A stretch of 61,935 nucleotides of DNA, the filler included, from Sphacelaria rigidula (taxonomy: Eukaryota): assembly GCA_964200075.2 (NCBI GenBank). It is 4 parts of 4 records of this genome, joined end to end, with 100 filler letters (N's around TTAATTAATTAA, not from the genome) between each part and the next. Parts side by side here need not be neighbours in the genome. Positions count along the whole stretch, not along the records: positions 1 to 15,410 come from CAXNAA020001760.1; 3 more parts are not named here. One strand, given 5' to 3'. Below, piece by piece: positions 1-9,758 of this stretch. Below the pieces are notes generated by a model, which saw only the letters and a list, made by a program, of their open reading frames with translations, was not told the DNA's origin and ran no database searches. Position 1 is the stretch's first letter. Each line of letters opens with the position of its first letter. Position numbers and translations under genes: made by a program.

Positions 1-382
1 GTTGCCGCCGGGGGGTTGGTTCGTGGGCTCACTTCTCGCTGATTTTCCCCGATTTTTTTTTTTTTCTCACACCTTGCTCATCCGTGAATGACGGCAGTGT
101 CGTGGGTACACAAATTCGACCTTTTTTTTTTCGCCAGGGACGTTCAGCTATCTCCTTCCCTCATTGGCCGTGACGTCAATTTTGGTTTTTCACCTAGGAC
201 CCCAACTTTTCGGCGTTCGAAATCCAAATTTCTATGGCACGTATCAGTTGTCAGTAGCTATCAGTAGGTGAAGAAATGGAACCATATTTCGAAGATTTGG
301 TGTAGATACGAAGATTTTTATTCTCCGGGTTTCTCGTCCCCAGTTTGTAAGATCCCGTGTTTGTTGTGGAAAATTGTGCTTA

Positions 383-1109
383 GGCGGGGTCTTCTCAGAA
401 GTGATGATCACTTTTCAAACAATCACTTTTGGAGAAGTGATTGCGCCCACAACGACCAGTGCTGTGTCTTATCGACAGGCAGTTTTGTTCAGATCAAAGC
501 CCAGATCTGTGTACAGGTGAAAAATGCGGCGGTTCTGGAAGTGGCCGTTAGTCCAAAATCTCTGTACTGCCGCGGACAAGACGCGAGGAGGTGGCGCATC
601 GCTGACACACCTAGCCACGGATAGACATTCACCGCTCACGCGCATTAGCTCAAGTGCTAGCTCTTGATCATCTACACACAACAGCCTTTGTTTGACGAAA
701 ATCTGTTCAGTATTAGATTAAAGGCGGCCGCGTGCGTGTCAATTAGCAACCGAAAACGTGCTGTTGCTGACTGTTTTTGAGCGTGTGCTGTGCGCGAGTC
801 TGACGCAAATCATCATTTTTCACTGAATTCTGAACCGATTTGAACAAGGTCACGCACGGCGTGCTCAGCTGACGAACAGCAATGAATGGAGCGGTGTGTC
901 TTGGTTTGAGAGGGTAATGCAATCCTCAGGTTCCCGTTTGATTGTCTTGACTTGTCTGTCAAGACTTCGGTTATGCTCGTGTCAACGGGATGTTATATGT
1001 TCCCGTTCGAGGTTTTACAAAATCACTTTTACTAAAGTGATTTTTTGGCACTTTTCGGAAGAAGCGATTTCTTGAGAAAAGTGAGTGTCACTTCTGATGA
1101 GACCTCGCC
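383..1109. mobile_element. PIF/Harbinger-type MITE (727 bp)
   Basis: Imperfect ~33-bp TIRs (GGCGGGGTCTTCTCAGAAGTGATGATCACTTT vs rc GGCGAGGTCTCATCAGAAGTGACACTCACTTT), with TTA directly flanking both ends (380-382, 1110-1112). Confidence 0.75.
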
Positions 1110-1477
1110 TTACACCGCGTACGGTTCCCGTATGAGACCAAGCTAGAAGCTACGTACGCGCGCTGACCGAAATGTACGTGTCGCAATTTTCATACGTTGC
1201 ATGACTGGAGACGAGAAAACAAATCTTGGCTCATGGACGAACAGAGTACATTATTTTCGCGTCCAGCTACATCCGTGGGCATTCCCCCTTAATTCTGGAG
1301 AAGGCGAGTCTCTACATATAACGACGTTTTCGTGAGTTCGAGAGTAGAGCGCTGATTGACAGTGGGTATATCATCCACTTTAACTCAGCCGTTTTTTCAT
1401 TCCGCACTTTGCCTGTACCACTGACGTGTGCTTACAGCACACATCGATATCCTACTCAGGGGTATCAAGGGCTTCAG

Positions 1478-1998
1478 TGGCGAAGATACTACAGAAAGCG
1501 TATCGGGCCTCGTGAAGAGGCATTTCGGAACTGAAATGTTTCATTCGCTAATTGACCGCTTCTCATCCTCTACTCGCAATCTCACAAAAACATTGTTGTA
1601 TGATGTTCAGCAGTAGTCAGCAACCAAAGTTATGCGAGTGGTGTGGCAAAGCTACCACGGAAAGCATATCGGGCCTCGTGAAGAGGCATTTCGGAACTGA
1701 AATGTTTCATTTACGAATTGACCGCTTCTCACCCTCAATCGTATCCTCTACTCGCAATCTCACGAAAACATTGTTGTATGGCGTTCAGCAGTAGCCAGCA
1801 ACCAAAGTTATGCGAGTGGCGTGGCAAAGCTACTACGGAAAGCATATCGGGCCTCGTGAAGAGGCATTTCGGAACTGAAATGTTTCATTTACTAATTGAC
1901 CGCTTCTCACCCTCGATCGTAACTCCACTCGCAATCTCACGAAAACATTGTTGTATGGCGTTCAGCAGCAGCCAGCAACCAAGGTTATGCGAGTGGCG
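1478..1998. repeat. Tandem repeat, 3 units of ~166-178 bp
   Basis: Units start at 1478, 1644 and 1822, each containing TATCGGGCCTCGTGAAGAGGCATTTCGGAACTGAAATGTTTCATT. Confidence 0.95.
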
Positions 1999-2227
1999 CA
2001 TGAAACACTCGAAACCCAACAAATGGAAGTAGTAAAAAAAGGAGGGCAAAAAACTAAGTGAGGCATCAAGTCTCCCGTAACAAAATCGAGAGCCTCCTAT
2101 CATAGTAAGGATCACGTCTGCCGTAAAAAAATCGAGAGCCTCCTATCACAGTATGCTTCACGAACGGGTGTGCATCAGCTGCTTCTCATTCAAGATGGGT
2201 GTTGAACCTAAGAATAGCATTCGCTCG

Positions 2228-2493
2228 TCACGCCGGAACAGTACTAGACGCCGCCTGCGCAGGGACTCTCTCGGTCGACCCCTCTTCCTCTCCGCTACTC
2301 TGAGCTCCAGGGATAGCTCGCTTTTTAACCCGCATGGGCAAACCGTTACGCGTATGTATTGTCGCTCCAGTGAAGAAGCCAACTTCTTCGGGCTTTATCG
2401 CTAACTCGAAGTCGAAGCGCCGGATAAGCATCGCAAGAGTCACCACTGATTCCATCAGGGCGAATTGGTCCCCCACGCACTTCCTTTGTCCCC
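2228..2493 (-). CDS. CYP97: CYP97 exon 10 (heme Cys, stop)
   Basis: [28 protein letters not shown]...[11 protein letters not shown]...VPA*. Confidence 0.95.
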
Positions 2494-5400
2494 CTGTTTT
2501 TATAATTCCGGCAATACGTACGCGACAATACGATGTGTTAATTTGGTTTGTGAGGATTGCAGGGCGCGGCGGACACGCGCGTCTGGGGGTTGACAGGTGC
2601 CGAGATACCCTCCCGAACAGGACACTTACACCGAACATGAATCTGCGAAGTAAGTTTCGTTGCAATCAACGACCGCTAGCTCACCGCCGAAAGGCAAGAA
2701 GGCGAAGTCGGAAGCAACTTCGTTCGGGTACAGCTGCCCCTGTAGCTTTTTCGGGCTGTAGCCGTCCCACCCCTCCACCCCTGGGTTCTCGAACGGTCGG
2801 TTGAAACGGTCGGGGTCGAAAGTGTCAGGGTTCTCCCAGAAGTCCTTGGATCTATGGATGTTGTAGATGGCAAGAAAAATATCGCAGCCACGCGTGATCT
2901 TCGGCCTAACTCCGTCGGGGCCTCCCGCGCCCGCGGGAAGAACGTCGTCTTCCAACGCACGGCGGATGAGGAGCGGCGGTTCTGGGTACATTCGCAGTGA
3001 CTCAGCCGCGATGTGTCGGATGTATTCCATCGATCTGTTTGTTACATCGTATTTTCCAGCAGCGTTGATCATGAAACACGAGCGCATGCGGGGCGGTGTA
3101 ACAGGTGACTGTTGCTGCTACGTGGCATAGATGAGGCGAAGCACGGCACCGCTACATACAGCAAGTAGCTCAAGAGACATGGATTCCTTTCACGCCTTTA
3201 CGTGCTTGAGTCCCTGCGTGTCAAGCGGATCTAGCTCCGTCAGCTTTTGCTGTTTCTGGGGGCAGCGAGGTTGTACGCTCACCAACAAGCTCTGCTCGGC
3301 GGCGAACATTCGGGGAAAGCATGCATTGTGGCTCCGCGGTACAGTCGATCGTTTCGGGAAATAACAGACGGAAAGTAGGGCAGCTACCGTTCTGGGTGCG
3401 TGTGCTTACTTGATGTCGTCCAGGGTGGGCACCCTGTCTCCGACAACGCGGTCAACCTCTTCCCGCGCCTTCCTGACGATTTCGGGGTTCTGTGCCATCT
3501 CAAAGAACGCCCAGGTCAGCAGCGCGGCCGTGGTTTCGTGCCCAGCAATGAGCATGGTCATCAGGTCGTCTCGGAGCTGCGTGTCGGTGGCATCTTCGCC
3601 TCGAAGGTCGACTAGGAAACGAAGCATGCTCGGGTCCACGACCTGTTTCATCCGTGAAGAGGAAACACCATGTTTGGTGTGCGTTTCGACGATTTGGGAC
3701 GGTCAGCTGCGTTCACAAGGGGGTTCGACGGCTTTCTTTTGTTGAAGAGTTCGATGTTCCATGGTTCGGTGCGCATATGTGTCCGACGGTCGTTCACGCG
3801 TGCACTGAGTATGTGCGTACGAGTTTTAAGTCAGCTCAAGGAAAGAGGCGTGCCAGCGACATCAACTCTAACAGAGTCACTTCACAGTCGAAAAATGTTC
3901 GCCTCTAGAATGAATATACATGCAAAAACCTATCCTACGCATACTGGTGCCTGCAAACTCATGTCCACGATGATGTTCCATTGTTGATGAATACCACGAC
4001 AAAAGTCTGTAGATCACTTATATAACCAGGGAACATACCTCAAATGGAAATCTCAACCCCCTGTCACATCGTGTTTAGTAGTGAGGGAGGAGTGCTGTGA
4101 GCATACCGGTGCTTGTCTGCTTGTTTGCTTACCTTGTCGTAGTTTCTGTTCTGCAGATCCTCCAAATCGGCCTTCTCGGCCGACTTCCGGGCGCGGGTGA
4201 TGAGGTCAGTCAGCACCGTGTTCAACACATTCAGGTCGTAATTAAACTTCCGCAAACGCGGCACCACCTGTCACGAGTGCCGCGCCCAAGATACAAACGA
4301 ACGATAAGAACGGGGGACGATGCTGGAGTTCAGCATTTCGTGGAATCCGATGTGTGCCATATCTCTAGATAGATGACGAATTAGGTGAAGGTGTGGATAT
4401 CGATGGTTTCCCCGTGCTCCAGGGGATATCCACACCAGAAATCTTCACACGTCGGACAGATCGTGATCCATCTGAGATTACTAATCAAAGAAGAGTTTCG
4501 GATCCATGGGTCCAAAAACACATATTTTTTACCGCGGAGTCAGAAAAGCCGACGCGTAAGCTTTGCGCTACTTGGCGTGCTCGGCTTCCGGCCCTGTAGG
4601 GAGCAAACATGGGAAAGGGGGAACAAATAATCCGGATCATGATCCAGATCAGTGTACTGAGAGTACGTAATTTTCATACAGATCATGATTTGTTCGACGG
4701 GTGAAATCTTCATCATCCGCTGTACATATCCTTCGGGGTTTCATATACTGTAGACTGTTATGTGCACCTTATATCCGTGCGGTACAGGAATTACTCGACA
4801 TGGTGCTTAATCGACGAGAAAAAATTGGCCCAAACTTTTGAGCAGATGGGCATCTTCCCTTTGACTGGAAAATGAGAATGGGATGCGGATCACGGCCCAA
4901 CTCGTCTGTGTCGATGAGATATTGCTTTGAGAGCTTAAATCCGTCTCTAGGCTAGACCAGGTCGTACAGCATCACTGGCAGATCTAAGACCACCTTATTT
5001 GGCGCAAATCTGCACTTGTAAGTATCTGAGGATTTCACTCCATCCGCAAGCGGTTTTTTCTTGCAGATTGGCTTTTGTACCCCAGTCCATTGGACAATGT
5101 TTCTCGGCTAGCTGTGCGAAATCCAGATCAATTCTCCGATTCTCTGGACGTTGATTGACTTCTGGCATATCAGATTTCTGCGGCCCACATTTTTCTTTTG
5201 TACATGAATATGCGGGTGTATCCCGCTTTGGGGAGAAATATGACATTCCAAAAGTCAATGTCCAGAGAATAGGAGAATTGATACGATTTTCCTGAAGCTA
5301 CCGGATAAACATTGCCGAACAGACTGGGGTCCGAAAAATAAATCCGAGAGGGGGAATTGCTTGCAGACATGCTGGAATCCCCAGATTTGGACAAGTGCAG

Positions 5401-8400
5401 ATTTCTCCCCATAAAATGTGGTCGAAGTGTGCAACCGTCAGCAATAGACCATTGAGTGTAACCGAATTATGACGTCTAATTCGGAACCCCTGTCGTCAGC
5501 CACTCCTCCTCCATCTTGCCTTATTCGCCAGGGGGAGGTTCCAATACGGGGCAGGTGTCATCGACCGATGTTCCGCTTCTTTCAAGACGCTGTACACGGA
5601 CTGGATTACGGGGGACTCGTTCGTCACGGAGCCAAATTCGTAGTTGAAGATGGCCTTGCCTATGATGTCCAGCGAGACGCTGCAGGGACACAGGCAAATA
5701 AAATCAATCGAGAGGGTATAAGCGAGGGAGATTGGGCATGGGCAGTTGAACTCCAACTGCTCACACGAGTAGGCATGTAGGTGATACCACTACAGGGCAT
5801 ATTGTACACAGCACAGGGCGAAACATGGACGACTACAGTAAATTTGGAAATTTGGAAAGCATGCATGAAATATTTTTCAAGGTGACGTTGATGCCTATTT
5901 CCGCGTTTGGAAAGTCGGCACACCCGAAAAAATTGCACTGCTGCCTGTATCACGCAGTTTGAGGCGTGCACAGCCCCGATGCTGCACACGGCACGGATGC
6001 ACCGCATGTAGATATGTTTTTGCTATTCTTGGGAATGATCGTGATGGTATTGAGTGCTTGCGCTGCTGGCATGACAATGTGTGACGTGACATGTGGTACA
6101 GGATATGGGCCCGAAGCCATTTAGCCTGAAACGGCTGTAGCTTCCCCATTTTTAGGATTGATGTGGAAAATCGGATCAAGGGTTCCCAAAGCTCTACCAT
6201 CGTGAAGACTGGTCCTTACGAACACCGATTATCTCCATCAGAAGAGCCCGACAGCTCTCTGGGAGATAAGAACGATATCCTGAACGAATGTGCGGATTGG
6301 CTGGCCTTGACTTGAATACAAAAATAGCAACACAACGTCTTTACGCGGGGTACTGAAATATCAGTTACGAAAAGAAGCAAGCAACGGTGTATACATCTCA
6401 ACCCCAAGAATTCCTGCGGTTTTCAGCCGTGATAGAAAAATCTGTCATCTCGGGAGGCAAAAGCAAACGTGACGCTACGCGGGGTCTACGACACGGTGTT
6501 TGGTTATGAAAACCTGGCTCATGTTTGCATCACCTGCAGAAGTGCGACTCCATTTCGATCTCCTCCTGCTTCTCCGCAACGTCCTCCAGCTTTTTGATGA
6601 GCACCTTGTTGCAGTCCGAGAAAACGCCAATCTGCGGCAGAATAAACCACCCACGATCGCCCAACGCGACGCAGCGGATCAGGGGGGCAGGGTAACTCAT
6701 GAGATTGATCAAGAGGGCGCAGCAGTACCGCCGGACGAAGAGTGTTGGCAATGAGATATTCCCCCTATCAACTTGAAACTGGTCAAATCCTCATCTTTAC
6801 ACTCATATAAAGGACACGTACTCATTGTCACATCGCGATTCTACCCTCTTTCGTCGGCAAAACCTCCCAGTATACACGGGTTAAACTGTTCTGAAGTGCG
6901 ACAAGCCCCCCCCCCCCTCCCCTCTGACTACATACCTGGTCAATGGTCAAACGACTAAGGCAACCAACGAATGAGTACGCCCCCCCCCTCTAACTACATT
7001 GCATTCGCGATATTGGAGCAAGATGAACACAAGCACGTACACACACAAAAAAGACAGCATTCGACCAAACGAAATTGAGGTAAAAACAACACGAAAAGCA
7101 CCACTTCTCACCATCGCGTTAAGCCACGCCTTGTGGAACCCTGGCACAATGGCTCGCCGGCGTACGTTCCACGTCTCGGGATCAGCGGGGATTAGACCCT
7201 TGCCCATGATTGGTGCCAGAATCTCCGCTAAGACCCCCTTGTCGTAAGCTTTGGCGTTGTCACGTAGGATGTGCCTCGCCATGACCGGATCCGATATTAC
7301 GATGAACGATTTGGGTCCGAAGCAAAGCTTGTAAGCTGGCCCAAACTGTGCCGCGGTTGAGAGATAGAAACAAAAATCATAGCATGGGTACAGGCGAACT
7401 ATGCGGATATAGCAACTTCACCAGAAACTGCCTTCACACCGTCGCATATATCGCAGATTAAAATTCGCATGTCCCACGCTACATGGAAAACCGCCGAGTA
7501 CCAGCAAAACACAGCAGCAGATGAATACAAAGGAATGATCCCATGGCAGTCGACACCATCTGTGACTCTTGCAGAAACCCAAGTGAAGTTCGGAAGTGTA
7601 AATCTACTGGGCAGGCATTTGAAGACTTCAAAAACATCCCCAGTGGACCTGCTTTCGAAGGGTAAAACCCTGCAATACGCACCTGCTCGTAGTATGCCCG
7701 CAGACCCATGAACATATTTCCCGTTACCATGGAATCCAGCTCGCCTTCTGCCAACGGACATCCGTCTAGAGAAGGCTCGTCTCCGTATATCTGTCCGATC
7801 CCCCCCCCCCCCCCCCCCCCACCAAAAAAAAAACAGCCACAGACACGGGGGCTCCTGAACCCAACAAGAACAAAAACACACTCCCCTCTCGCCTCTCCNN
7901 NNNNNNNNCTTACCCAGGAAACCCACCCCCCTCCGCCCAACGGCCACCCCCCCAAAGAAAGCCCCTCTCCGTAAATATGTCCGGACCCCCCCCCCCCCCC
8001 CGAGAAAAAAAATTAGGCAGCAGGCAGATAGTGTGGGTTTCATAACACTACGAGACACGAGATTTTACTCCGCTGTCGTGTGCCCGCGTTGCCCCTGAAC
8101 CGCCTCCCAATCAACGTGCCCTTCACATTGGTCCCGCACAAATCGTACACGTCATCACCCCTACGATATTTTCACTCAACATGCTCAGATACACCGCGTG
8201 TTGTTCATGTAACAGGTCAAGGCCAAAGCAGCACGTGGAACACGATAAAAAATGTAAAATCGGAGTCGTTCGAAGGTCTGCAATACTGTACTGCACTTGC
8301 AGTGGTAGCGTGGGAGAACACGCATGGTTTGAGCGGTACCACGTGATACAACAGTACTGCAGCGGCGGCATGTATCGATAGACATAGGTCCAGTTTGACA

Positions 8401-9722
8401 TCACACGACAAATACACCAGTTCTGCAGTCGAGAGGGCAGACCGGCGGTGCTTTTCGTGAGTTGTGGATACTTGTACCGCACCGTCTGCCGGTCATTCTC
8501 ATTTGACCCACCATGCTGATCGGTGAACAACGGCAAGTCGCCCTATAATTTCAAAGCACGATAATTGCGGCTGTTAGACTGCCAATGTACGTGTATCTTA
8601 CTGCTACTACAACATCGTCCATGCAATGTCACTGTAAGGGAATCAAGAAGAAGAGCGGCCGCGTCGTACCAGCGCAAGGTTGAACTGCAGCACCGCACAG
8701 GACCATGGAAACGCCCTGTTCCTTATCTTCTGCTCGCACCATTGGTACTATGGAGTGTGTAAGTGAGAGAACATGAGCCAAGCCATGAGGTGATGAAACT
8801 GCATACATTTCGTAGTGTACTGTCCGTACCGTACACAAGACAAACCAGTCGACCATCTCGAGAAGTTTCGCGGAATGTAACAGAAGTGCTGTCCCACAGC
8901 AGTGCAACTGAACACGACAACCTGGCACGAACACACTGCGCCGACTGAACCTGCCACAGCGCAAGTAAACCCTCTGCTTGTTGTATGGCCGTGAGCCACT
9001 CGCTAGCACGCTCGAGCGCCATCTGAGCTACGTCATTTCCCTAGGCAGTCAGTAGTCTCGCCCGTAGTCGGCCCCTATGTTCATTTCTACTTGGCCTCGC
9101 GCGTCGAGTAGGAAAGCCGGGTGCAACCCCCAGGAATCCGAATGGCCACTGCGGCACCAGGTCTTCTGAGGTTAGCCATTTGTATTCTCTTCCTTCACTA
9201 TTTAGGGCATGTGTTATCGAGTCCAAAAATGTGGGACCGCGGCGTGATAGTGATAGTAATTGCGGCGGTTGGGGATTTTTGTTTTCTGTTATGATTCCGA
9301 TTGGTTGTGCTTTGATGCCACATCCTCACCTCCCCCAAAATCACTCTCAAGAAAATTCGTGTTTTGGGAATAAATTTTCGTGAGAGCGGATGGGCATTTG
9401 CGTGATAATGCGAAGAGCAACGTCACATGGTTCCAAGGCGTGGGCTGTTGGGCTCTTCATGGGACAGACGGTTGGCTGCCCGTCACTAGCATTAGCCACG
9501 CTGGCTTCAATCCCATCACCAGCAGTGGCCACGCGTGGGGGACACACTCCACGTGCACAGGTCGCACAGAGAGATGCGCACAGATATATCTCCCAGAACT
9601 TCGCCGAGCGAGCAAGCATAAACCCATCGGCGGGTAAAATGTACTAGCGCTGTCCAACACGGTGGCGATCACTCGCAAGGTGCGGGTGTTGTCGCACGGT
9701 CGAAACACGGACCGTCTACAAT

Positions 9723-9758
<36 letters not shown>

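Noticed and set aside
1478-1998. Possible CRISPR-like array
   Set aside because: Whole units are repeated with no unique spacers, and the context is eukaryotic.
7909-8010. Apparent second copy of the start of CYP97 exon 3 (alternative or duplicated exon)
   Set aside because: Error-rich duplicate lying across a 10-N gap beside a poly-C run, with frame and splice site broken; typical unmerged contig overlap.
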